Source: a virus. Taken from it: a stretch of 64,000 nucleotides of DNA. Positions 53,570 through 62,542 of this stretch are shown here, one piece after another. Numbering within the stretch: the first letter of the stretch is position 1; every line of letters starts with the position of its first letter. Position numbers and translations under genes: made by a program. Location: IMG/VR virus record IMGVR_UViG_3300020159_001918, positions 8,201 to 72,200 of that record. The stretch is one strand, 5' to 3'. A model generated the notes under the pieces. It was given only the letters and a program-made list of their open reading frames with translations, did no database searches and was not told where the DNA came from.

Positions 53570-54360
53570 TGAAATTAATTACACCAGAATCCTTAAAAGA
53601 CTTTCAGACTTGTTCATTATTATATGAATATAGATATAATCAAAAACTACCGGAGTCAATAGGTGGTAGAGATCTATTATCTCTTAGATTTGAAAATACA
53701 CTAAAAGAAATTATATATTACTTCTTTTACAAAAAACAAGGCGGCTACACACCATCATACGCATCACTTTTGAATAGATGGGAAAAACTTTGGTTTGCCG
53801 ATAATGTTTCATCATATGACATTATGACAGAGCAACATGAAAGCGCGTATGGAAATAGTGCTAGCCTTACGACCAAGGCCGCTTCTGCTCTATTGTCTTT
53901 CTATGAAAACTTTTCAGATGAAGAATATATACCGATTGCAATAAATGAAGATTGCATTATGCCAGTTACTCCAAAGGTTAAGATAAAAGATAAATTTGAT
54001 ATTATACTTTATAAAAATAATAAATATTATGTTATTAAGATAATGTTTAACTATAAGAACAGTCATCAGTATATGTATCAAGTAAACTTTGCTACCATGT
54101 ACAACGCGTTTGCGGTAAAGCATGGTGAAAGAATTTCTAAAGCATCTTTTGGCTATATAGATTTATTAACTTCTAAAGTTTGTTTTGTTGATTTCGAGAT
54201 AACAAAAGAAGATCTTGACTCTTTAAGATTTTGGGCTGATGAATTAGAGCAAGCAGAAAAATTTATTCCAAGAAGAGGGTTGACCTGGTATTGTAAAAAA
54301 TGTCCGTTTGATAAACCCTGTTCTAAGTGGTCAAATTGGTCAAAAGATGCAGACGAATAG
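53569..54360 (+). CDS. PD-(D/E)XK (RecB/Cas4-like) nuclease
   Basis: ITPESLKDFQTCSLLYEYRY; C-terminal WYCKKCPFDKPCSKW cysteine cluster. Confidence 0.6.
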   Translation: MKLITPESLKDFQTCSLLYEYRYNQKLPESIGGRDLLSLRFENTLKEIIYYFFYKKQGGYTPSYASLLNRWEKLWFADNVSSYDIMTEQHESAYGNSASLTTKAASALLSFYENFSDEEYIPIAINEDCIMPVTPKVKIKDKFDIILYKNNKYYVIKIMFNYKNSHQYMYQVNFATMYNAFAVKHGERISKASFGYIDLLTSKVCFVDFEITKEDLDSLRFWADELEQAEKFIPRRGLTWYCKKCPFDKPCSKWSNWSKDADE

Positions 54361-54517
54361 ATTTGGTGTTATACTTGAGACTAGGGTGTCGAAGAGTTTA
54401 TTTACACTTGCAAAAGAGAATAAACAAACTCCTTATGAATATTTAAAATCTGTAATAGATGAAAAGTATCAAATTTATTTAAAAGAAAAACTAAATTGGG
54501 ATTCAGATTATGAGTAA
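54347..54517 (+). CDS. Hypothetical small protein
   Basis: MQTNRFGVILETRVSKSLFTLAKENKQTPYEYLKSVIDEKYQIYLKEKLNWDSDYE; internal start in track ORF 54308..54517. Confidence 0.5.
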   Translation: MQTNRFGVILETRVSKSLFTLAKENKQTPYEYLKSVIDEKYQIYLKEKLNWDSDYE

Positions 54518-55166
54518 GAAAAGTATATTAGACGAGTTATTAAATGAAGATGTTTCATTTAAGCCGAATGAAGAAGAGGATAAGTTATTAACTCCTCTTA
54601 TGGAGGAAATTAATCTTATCTCCAGTCAACAAATTAGACTATTTGTTAGATCAGTTTTACTTCAGGCAAAAACATTTTGGAAAATACCATCTAGCTTTTC
54701 AGGTAAATATCATCCAGCTGATGAGCATGGTAGTGGTGGTAATGTTCTTCATACAAAGAGGGTCGTCAAAGTCTCTAAGGTAATATGTGATTCCTATGGA
54801 TTACTTGCACATGAAAAAGACTTAGTGTATGCAGCATGTCTATTGCATGACGTAACCAAGGGTATAGCTCATGACGATAGTAAAGAAGACTTCTTTTATG
54901 ACCCGATGCATCCGTATACAGTTGGAGCTTTTGTTAAGAAATGTCAAGATAATGATAAAAAGTATGGTTCAGAATCTGCATCTTCTACTCTTTTCTTAGA
55001 TGAAGAAACTGTTCAATCAATACTCAGATTAGTAAGGTGTCACCTTGGTCCATGGTCTCCCATCCCAGAGACTGTACCTAGCACCTATATGGATATGATA
55101 GTGCACCTATCAGACAACGTCGCTTCAAAGCTACATACAATTGTTGAAATTAGTGACAATAAATGA
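54510..55166 (+). CDS. HD-domain phosphohydrolase
   Basis: HTKRVVKVSKV, AACLLHDVTKGIAHDD, DMIVHLSDNVAS. Confidence 0.75.
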   Translation: MSKKSILDELLNEDVSFKPNEEEDKLLTPLMEEINLISSQQIRLFVRSVLLQAKTFWKIPSSFSGKYHPADEHGSGGNVLHTKRVVKVSKVICDSYGLLAHEKDLVYAACLLHDVTKGIAHDDSKEDFFYDPMHPYTVGAFVKKCQDNDKKYGSESASSTLFLDEETVQSILRLVRCHLGPWSPIPETVPSTYMDMIVHLSDNVASKLHTIVEISDNK

Positions 55167-55336
55167 CAGTAGAAAATCCAGACAAAATGCATGTTAGAGC
55201 GTATATAAATGAATCTTTAGAATTCCTTATTAAAGAATCAATATACTACAGATCTAACAATGAAAATATTTTGGAACACAATCGACTAGTAGCTTGGCAT
55301 ATAGAAATGGATAGTGGTAAAATACATATACCATGA
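55163..55336 (+). CDS. Hypothetical small protein (57 aa), below the track threshold
   Basis: MTVENPDKMHVRAYINESLEFLIKESIYYRSNNENILEHNRLVAWHIEMDSGKIHIP*; ATGA-type overlaps at both ends. Confidence 0.65.
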   Translation: MTVENPDKMHVRAYINESLEFLIKESIYYRSNNENILEHNRLVAWHIEMDSGKIHIP

Positions 55337-56529
55337 AACTTCCTTTAGATAAAGATAAATTTATTTCTCAATGGAAATATGTTGAAGTAGCTAGATACGT
55401 ACCCAATCTAGATAGAGTGATCAGAGACAAGAATGGTGATGATCCAGTTTTCTACGAAATGGAAAACATAGATCAGTACAGACAAAAGTATAATAATGTT
55501 GGACTATATACATCTGTTTGGCATTTTAATGCCGCTGATATAAACAAGGCTATTAGGTTAGGATCATTATATTTTGACTTAGATAGTGAAGATATGAATT
55601 TGTGTTACGAAGAAGCGCAAAGACTATATGGTTATTTGTCTATGTATATTCCGCAAGAATCACTGTTGGTTTATTTTACTGGAAAAAAGGGTTTTCATAT
55701 AGAGTGTGAAGCAATTAGCTTAGGTATTAATCCATCAAACGAACTGCCAAAAGTTTTTAGGTATATAGCAAATAAGCTAAAAGAAGATTTATCTATTTCT
55801 TCAATGGATTTTAGCGTTTACGACATGAGAAGAATGTGGAGACTGCCTGGATCTTTACATCAGGCAACAAAGCTATTCAAGACTCTCCTGCCAAAAGATA
55901 TATTTTTATCTGGAATAGATAAGATTATTACTTACTCAAGTGAGCCACAATTGCTCGATGTAGTTGAACAGTCTTTTGATTTCAAGGCAAATGAATGGTA
56001 TAGGCAGTTCACCTATCAAATGGAAGAAGACAAGAATAAACCAAAAGATATACTGCAGCATTTTAATAAGTTTGGTTCTTCTAACTTAAAGTCTTTTGAT
56101 CAGAATCAAAAAGTATTTGAAAAAGAAACGCTTTGGATAAAGTGTCCATCAATAAAAAGATTACATGAGCAGGCTGAGAATTCTCATTTTTTAGAACATG
56201 AAGCTAGATTATTTTTATGTTCTATATTAACATATAGTGAAGAATCAATTAACTATCTACATGAGATACTGGGTAATTGTGAAGATTATAATCCAAGCAA
56301 ATCACAAGCTCACATAAATGACTGGGTAAGAAGAAGAGAACTAGGCATAGGTGGAAGACCTTACACTTGCGAAAGAGCTAACGCAGTTGGTGTAGGTTGC
56401 GGTAGTTGCTCTCTTGAGAAAAAGAATAAGTGGGTTAAAGTTGGAGATAGATTTATAGAAACCCAAGAGAAATCTTCTCCATCACCAGTTCGATTTGCTT
56501 ACAAGTCTGCAACCAGAAAGGAGGAGTAA
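55333..56529 (+). CDS. Archaeo-eukaryotic-type (AEP-like) DNA primase
   Basis: YFDLDSED, YFTGKKGFHIECE, DMRRMWRLPGSLH; Cys cluster near the C-terminus. Confidence 0.7.
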   Translation: MKLPLDKDKFISQWKYVEVARYVPNLDRVIRDKNGDDPVFYEMENIDQYRQKYNNVGLYTSVWHFNAADINKAIRLGSLYFDLDSEDMNLCYEEAQRLYGYLSMYIPQESLLVYFTGKKGFHIECEAISLGINPSNELPKVFRYIANKLKEDLSISSMDFSVYDMRRMWRLPGSLHQATKLFKTLLPKDIFLSGIDKIITYSSEPQLLDVVEQSFDFKANEWYRQFTYQMEEDKNKPKDILQHFNKFGSSNLKSFDQNQKVFEKETLWIKCPSIKRLHEQAENSHFLEHEARLFLCSILTYSEESINYLHEILGNCEDYNPSKSQAHINDWVRRRELGIGGRPYTCERANAVGVGCGSCSLEKKNKWVKVGDRFIETQEKSSPSPVRFAYKSATRKEE

Positions 56530-56732
56530 TGCATAATGATAATGATGATGTGATAGGCCTGTGCACTGACTGCGGAACGGAACAAACAGATAGGCATATG
56601 CACAATAGTTCTTTTGCTCAAGCCGGACTGCCAGCAGTATGCAAGTATTGCAAAGGTGTAGTAACAGTCTGCTATAGGCGTGATAGAGATAATGTATTGA
56701 ATCAAATAAACACTAAAAGAGGACTTAAGTGA
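56529..56732 (+). CDS. Small zinc-ribbon-like protein
   Basis: LCTDCG...CKYCKG. Confidence 0.55.
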   Translation: MHNDNDDVIGLCTDCGTEQTDRHMHNSSFAQAGLPAVCKYCKGVVTVCYRRDRDNVLNQINTKRGLK

Positions 56733-59700
56733 AAAACTGGACAAATCTTCATAACCATACCGTATTTTCCATGTTAGATGGTCATGGTAACGTCGAGGAG
56801 TATCTATCAAGGGCTAAGTCTTTGGGTATGAGTGGATTGGCTACAACTGATCACGGCAATATACATTCATGGTTAGATTTTTACGATGCTGGAAACTCAA
56901 TAGGAGTTAAACCAATCTTAGGGTCAGAGCTATATCAAGCTAGAAAAACTAGATTTGACAAAGATGAAGAAGAAAGATCAGGCCCATCTAAAAATGAATG
57001 GGAACAAAGAGGCCCGTATCATATAACCGTATTAGCTAAAAATAATATTGGGTATCATAATATAATTGAAATGTCTTCTAAAGCTTTTACGGAAGGTTTT
57101 TACGTAAAGCCTAGAGTAGATCATGACTTAATATCTCAACACTCTGATGGAATAATAATTTTGTCAGGCTGCTTAAACGGAGAGGTATCTCAGGCTCTCT
57201 TAAGGAATGACTACAACACCGCCCTAAAACACGCAGCGTCGATGCAGGAGATTGTTGGAAAAGAAAACTATTTTATAGAAATACAAAATCATGGAATAGA
57301 TGAACAGATTCAGATTATTCCAGATCTAATAAAAATAGCAAATACAATTGGGGCTAAAGTTGTGCCCTCTGGAGACTGTCACTACGTGCATCAAAACGAT
57401 GCTCATGCGCACGACGTAATGCTATGTGTTGCCACCAACTGTAATGTGCATACACCAAATAGGTTTTCTTTTTCTGGTGATCAATTTTATCTTCAGTCTT
57501 ATGAAGAAATGGCTAAAACTTTTTCAGAAGAACACTTAAAAAACACAATGCACATCAACGATATGATTGATGTAAATCTAAAATTTGGTGAAATACATTT
57601 TCCAAACTTCCCTATACCAACTAAAGAATCTTCAACCGATTATTTTGAAAGGCTAGCTTGGGAAGGTCTAAAAAATAGATATGGTAATCCGCTACCTGAT
57701 CACATCATAGAAAGAGCTAACTATGAAATTAGAGTAGTGAAAGAGATGGGGTTTCCTGAGTACTTCTTAGTCGTATCAGACTTAGTTCGTTGGGCTAAAG
57801 AAAATGACATTAGAGTTGGCTGGGGAAGAGGATCTGCTGCTGGAAGTATTCTCTCTTATGCATTCGATATTACAAATCTAGATCCAATTAAATTTGGTCT
57901 TATGTTTGAAAGATTCTTAGTCGAAGGAAGAAAGTCAATGCCAGATATTGACTTAGACTTTGATGATAGACACAGAGATAAGGTTATTGACTACGCTAGA
58001 ACTAAATATGGTAACGATAAAGTGGCACATATTTGTACGTTTAACAGAACTGGCGCTAGGCAGTCTGTTAGAGACGCAGCTAGAGCCCTAGGTCATGACT
58101 TTACAGTCGGAGATAAGGTAGCTAAGCTAATACCTCCTCCGGTATTAGGTGTTTCTAAGTCATTGAAAGAATGCATGCAGGTGCAGGAGTTTGCAAGCCT
58201 CTATAATACTGATGTTTTATCAAAGGAAATAATAGATACAGCTTTTGGATTAGAAAATCTAGTGAGACAGACTGGTATCCACGCAGCTGGTATTGTTATA
58301 TCCAAAGAAGCTTTAACAAGCTATCTTCCCACAATGCAAAAGGGCGTAGATAAGCCTGTTGTAACTCAGTGGGACATGGGTCGAGTAGAGCAATGCGGCC
58401 TATTGAAGATTGACTTTCTGGGTTTAAGAAACTTAGGCGTGATAGATATTTGCATTAAGTTAGTTAAGCAGCATAGACAAATTACATTAGACGTAAATGA
58501 CATACCAATAGATGATAAAAAGACTTATGATCTATTGTGTCAAGGTAAGGCAATGGGCGTCTTCCAGCTTGAGTCCGCTGGCATGCGCGAATTAATGGTT
58601 CAGATGCAGCCGCAAAACATTCAAGATATAATGGCTCTCATCTCACTGTATCGTCCAGGTCCAATGGGTTCTGGTATGGATAAAGAATATATCGATAGAA
58701 AACATGGAAGAAGTCATGTATCTTATGAACACCCTAAACTAGAAAAAGTTCTTGGACCATCGCTAGGTATTATGCTCTATCAGGAAGATGTTCTTGGCGT
58801 AGCCAGAGAGTTAGCTGGGTTTACTTCTGCCGAAGCTGATGACCTTAGAAAAGTTATCGGTAAAAAACTTATGGATAAAATCGCAATGATTAGAACTAAT
58901 TTCGTAAAAGGTTGCATAGAGCATTCTAATCTAGATGAGGATAAGGCAAATAAAATTTATTCAGATATTGAATACTTCGGTGGTTATGGTTTTAACAGAG
59001 CACACGCCGCAAGCTATGCGATGGTTTCATATATTACAGCATACTTAAAGGCTCACTATACAGCAGAATATATGGCTGCACTTATGTCTTCTGTGGTTGG
59101 CAATAAAGAGAAGTTAGCAGCTTACTTATCTGACTGTAGAAAATTAGATATTGAAGTACTGCCACCTTCTTTAAATAAATCTGGTAAAGACTTTAATGTA
59201 CTTAGTGACTCTCAAGTAATCTTTGGTCTATCTGCAATAAATGGAATTGGTGAATCCATAGCTGAAGCAATCATTTTAGGTAGGGATGAAAAAGATCCTT
59301 ATTCTAGTATTTATGATTTCTTTAGAAGATGTGACCCAGCTACTTTAAAGAAATCTACGCTAGAACATTTAGCCTATGCTGGTGCTCTTGACGAGTTATT
59401 TGCAGTTTCTCATGATGGTGATTTAACAAGAAAAAAAGAATTAGAATTATTAGAAAAAGAAAAAGCTGAACTAGGAATATACGTATCGAAGCATCCCATA
59501 GAGGGCATGTGGACAACAATAGCACCTAATGTAACTGGTGAAATAATAGATATTATAGAAATAAGCAACGGTGCAAATGTTAAAGTTGGCGGAATATTAA
59601 CAGCAGTGAAGAGAATGATAACTAAAAAAGGTCAAAAGATGTTTCGTCTTTTAGTAGAAGATTTATCTGGTGAAATAGAAGTAATCATTTTTCCTAGAGA

Positions 59701-60062
59701 ATCAAAAACTATAAGTGATGATTTTTTTAACGAGGGTGATGTAGTCATTATATCGGGAACAATAAATAGAGAAAACGAAGAGGAGTCTGCAATTGTAAAG
59801 ATGTTCTATAATTCCTGTGAAAAGATAGATACATCTAGGGCAATAGGTAGTAAATCAATTATGTTAGAGGTGAAAGACTTACCTAACTTAGAGGTTGTGC
59901 AGGGTATATATGATATAATTGAAAATGTTAATGGACCCTCTTATGTATATTTAACTTATACAGAAAGTAATAAGAGGGTAACTTTTAAGTTTAAAAAATC
60001 TACTTCATTAAAAATAGAAGAAAAACTACAAAAATATATAAACATACGGAGCTAAGAAATGA
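56729..60062 (+). CDS. dnaE: DNA polymerase III alpha-like (DnaE) polymerase; C-terminus re-read through CGGA to give ...NIRAKK* (about 1110 aa)
   Basis: PHP motifs (LHNHTVFSMLDGHG, TTDHGN), PDIDLDFDDRHRD, SLYRPGPMGSGMD, NRAHAASYAMVSY. With the shift the stop is TGA 60060-60062, forming an ATGA overlap with the next ATG (60059). Confidence 0.9.
60047..60050 (+). other. CGG +1 recoding site 7 (ATA CGGA GCT)
   Basis: In-frame CGG two codons before the 0-frame TAA. The +1 reading GCT AAG AAA TGA restores a canonical ATGA overlap with the next gene. The catalytic body does not depend on it. Confidence 0.6.
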
Positions 60063-60427
60063 CACTACCAGGAACATATCAGAATCCATCTACCAAACCA
60101 TGCTGGACATTCTGCTCATCATGTAATAGATGCCAGGATAAGGGCAGATATACTAAATGCAATTCATGTAGCGGCAGGTATGATCCTATGGGCAAGACTG
60201 ATCCACACTCAGAAGATTTTTGCGACTGCAAGAATGGAGTATTAAGATGGAGAACAAAAGAGGGTAAGCTTATTATGACTCGCTTTAAGACAAACCCATT
60301 TAAGGGTCAAGTAAAATATGATAAGAAGTCAGAGGACGAAAGAGATTGGGACTCCTACGTGGCTGATATGCGAGAAAAAATGGATGATCCAAACTGGAAT
60401 CCTATAGGGATATACGAGGAAGACTAA
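60059..60427 (+). CDS. Cysteine-rich zinc-ribbon protein
   Basis: CWTFCSSCNRCQDKGRYTKCNSCSGRYDP...FCDCKNG. Confidence 0.6.
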   Translation: MTLPGTYQNPSTKPCWTFCSSCNRCQDKGRYTKCNSCSGRYDPMGKTDPHSEDFCDCKNGVLRWRTKEGKLIMTRFKTNPFKGQVKYDKKSEDERDWDSYVADMREKMDDPNWNPIGIYEED

Positions 60428-60428
60428 T

Positions 60429-60656
60429 ATGATTAAACATGAAATAGGAAGAATGCTACTTAATAACATAGCATTAATAGAATACAATACAGATGAACCT
60501 AGCTATTTTATCCAGTCTGGAGTTGCCGGCTTTAACGCAACAGCTCAAGAGTTATCAGACTTACACGGATTATTGAGTTACTATTTTAATATAGACTCAG
60601 TAAACAATACTGTTATTTCCCTTACAGAAGGAGGAGATGATGTCTTGGCCATATAA
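60429..60656 (+). CDS. Hypothetical protein
   Basis: Operonic ORF. Confidence 0.5.
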   Translation: MIKHEIGRMLLNNIALIEYNTDEPSYFIQSGVAGFNATAQELSDLHGLLSYYFNIDSVNNTVISLTEGGDDVLAI

Positions 60657-60828
60657 CGAAGATGATCAAATGGAATTGGGAACAAGTGGTTGGGCAAATC
60701 TTGGCGAGGGTAGGTACAAAAATATCTACACTGGTAATACCCTTGATGAATTAGGTAATGAATACGATACAAATGGAAATTTAATATTCGAGAACAAAGA
60801 TCCTTACGGGGATGGAATTGAAGACTAA
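60637..60828 (+). CDS. Hypothetical protein (KTR/KTSC-like small domain)
   Basis: SGWANLGEGRYKNIYTGNTLDELGNEYDTNGNLIF. Confidence 0.4.
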   Translation: MMSWPYNEDDQMELGTSGWANLGEGRYKNIYTGNTLDELGNEYDTNGNLIFENKDPYGDGIED

Positions 60829-61629
60829 TGAAATTAGCTATTAGGAACTTGGAAGATGTAAGTGATTTTGAAAGATTATCTTTAACTGATTTTTCATATT
60901 CAAGAATGGATACATATAAAATGTGTCCTTCGAAATACTTTTATACATATATACAAAAAGAACCACGTCTTTTTGGTGAAGCAGCAGTGCTGGGAAATAT
61001 TGTACACTCCGTATTAGAAGACAATGTAAGTGCAACAGATATGTTGGATTTTACAAAGCTGCAAGAAGCATACACCAATGAGATAACAACTCAAGATCCA
61101 GATAATAAAATTAAACCTGAGTTAATTAATGCAGGGAAAGAAATATTAGATGAGTTCTTTGATCAGTATGCTGAAACTAAATTCGATGTCCTTCATAAAG
61201 AGTATGGTTTTAAATTTGTTCTAGGTAGCTATTTAATATCTGGCTACATAGACAGAATAGATTCTTGGGGTGAAGACGGTGTTAAGATTATAGATTATAA
61301 AACTGGAAAATGGGAAGTATCACCAAAGGATATACCAACTAATCTGCAATTAGGTATCTACGCAATGGCAGTTGATTACCTGTATCCAGATAAGAACATA
61401 TACGCAGAGCTGTATTATCTCAGATCCCGGAAGGCGTAAAGGTCACCTCTTTACTAAAGACGATATTAATAATATTAAAATTAATTTAATATCAACTCTA
61501 GACTCAATCATAAATGATTCAGCATTCTTGCCTACAAAGAATGAGCGCGTCTGCACGTTCTGCGACTTTGCTAAATCTGGTGCTTGTGGAACTGGTGTAT
61601 TTAGAGCTAGAAAACTAGCAAAAGCTTAG
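60828..61629 (+). CDS. RecB-family/Cas4-like PD-(D/E)XK exonuclease (about 266 aa) requiring a CGGA +1 event
   Basis: FSYSRMDTYKMCPSKYFYTYI, GYIDRIDSWGEDGVKIIDYKTGK; joins at CGGA 61428 to RRKGHLFTKDDINNIKINLISTLDSIINDSAFLPTKNERVCTFCDFAKSGACGTGVF (C-terminal Cys cluster). Confidence 0.85.
61428..61431 (+). other. CGG +1 recoding site 8 (TCC CGGA AGG)
   Basis: 0 frame: CGG AAG GCG TAA. The +1 frame restores the nuclease C-terminus, including the Cys cluster. Confidence 0.9.
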
Positions 61630-61656
61630 TAATTAATTTAATCCTAGAAAGCAAAA

Positions 61657-61678
61657 AGCCAGGGCGAAAGCCCTGGCT
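61657..61678 (-). terminator. Intrinsic terminator for the minus-strand small gene (GAAA/TTTC loop)
   Basis: AGCCAGGGC GAAA GCCCTGGCT; on the minus strand the hairpin is followed by TTTTGC. Confidence 0.85.
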
Positions 61679-61701
61679 GATTACTCTTTAGGTATTGATT
61701 A

Positions 61702-61875
61702 TTAGAATGCTGATACTGGATTGAGTGCAGCGTCTTCGATGAGATCAAAATCGCTGAATTCACTGACTACCTTGGTGGCTTCAGTGCGTGAGTATCCGAG
61801 TCTACCGAGGTCTGAAATGATCTCTTCGTTAACCTCGATCAACATACTATCAATTACTGTGTTTAATGTATTCAT
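61702..61875 (-). CDS. Solitary minus-strand small protein (57 aa)
   Basis: Reverse complement: ATG AAT ACA TTA... = MNTLNTVIDSMLIEVNEEIISDLGRLGYSRTEATKVVSEFSDFDLIEDAALNPVSAF*; followed by its own terminator. Confidence 0.75.
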   Translation of the reverse strand: MNTLNTVIDSMLIEVNEEIISDLGRLGYSRTEATKVVSEFSDFDLIEDAALNPVSAF

Positions 61876-61981
61876 GTTTTTGTACTCCGTTTTCTTGTAT
61901 TTGGTAACCCTTACAGGTTTTTTGTTTTTTTACTTTTTATAATTTATAATGGAGTAGATTAGTTTAGATCTAAAGGATACC
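61876..61981. promoter_or_regulatory. Divergent promoter region between the minus-strand small gene and the + strand nuclease/sigma module
   Basis: AT-rich intergenic with TTTTTATAATTTATAATGG (TATAAT-like boxes readable on both strands). Confidence 0.45.
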
Positions 61982-62540
61982 ATGAAAGAGCTCAACATTG
62001 TCAAGCCGGAGGAATATTTTTTGGAAATTTCTCCATTAAAAAATCATCCAGATTTTAGTAAAATAAAAACCATTATACCAGATCACAATTCCATAGAGAC
62101 TACGAGCGTTAAAAGAGGTAACGCTTACCAGCATACAAAAACTGGGTTTAGGGAAGACCTAGGTTTAACATTGAGATCTAATTGGGAAGCAAATTTTGCA
62201 AGAATTTTAACAGCGTATAAAATCAAGTTTGATTTTGAACCAACTGTTTTTGCGTTTCCAATTAAAAAACGGAACTAAGGGATACACTCCTGATTTCTTC
62301 ATGCAGAAAGATTCTAGTTGGGTAGAACTCAAAGGCTATCTCGATGCAAAGAGTATGACAAAAATAAAAAGATTTAAAAGATATTACGAATCTGAATTTA
62401 ACAAACTCACATTTATTATAAGCAAGTATTCAACTGACGGTAAAAATTTCGCAGCTGAACTAGAAATACCAAGAGTAATCTTCTATGAAGATATTAGAAG
62501 TTTTTACTCTGATAAAATATCAATTTGGGAAGGTAAGTAA
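61982..62540 (+). CDS. PD-(D/E)XK endonuclease (TnsA/phage-endonuclease-like, about 185 aa) requiring a CGGA +1 event
   Basis: Pre-shift: LTLRSNWEANFARILTAYKIKFDFEPTVFAFPIKK; post-shift: RTKGYTPDFFMQKDSSWVELKGYLD. The putative catalytic residues are split across the CGG. Confidence 0.85.
62270..62273 (+). other. CGG +1 recoding site 9 (AAA CGGA ACT)
   Basis: 0 frame: CGG AAC TAA. The +1 frame restores PDFF...VELKGY. Confidence 0.9.
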
Positions 62541-62542
62541 TC

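Noticed and set aside
61721-61942. Plus-strand ORF MSAASSMRSKSLNSL... listed in the track
   Set aside because: It is the antisense of the better-supported minus-strand 57-aa gene (with start and terminator) and runs into AT-rich intergenic sequence.
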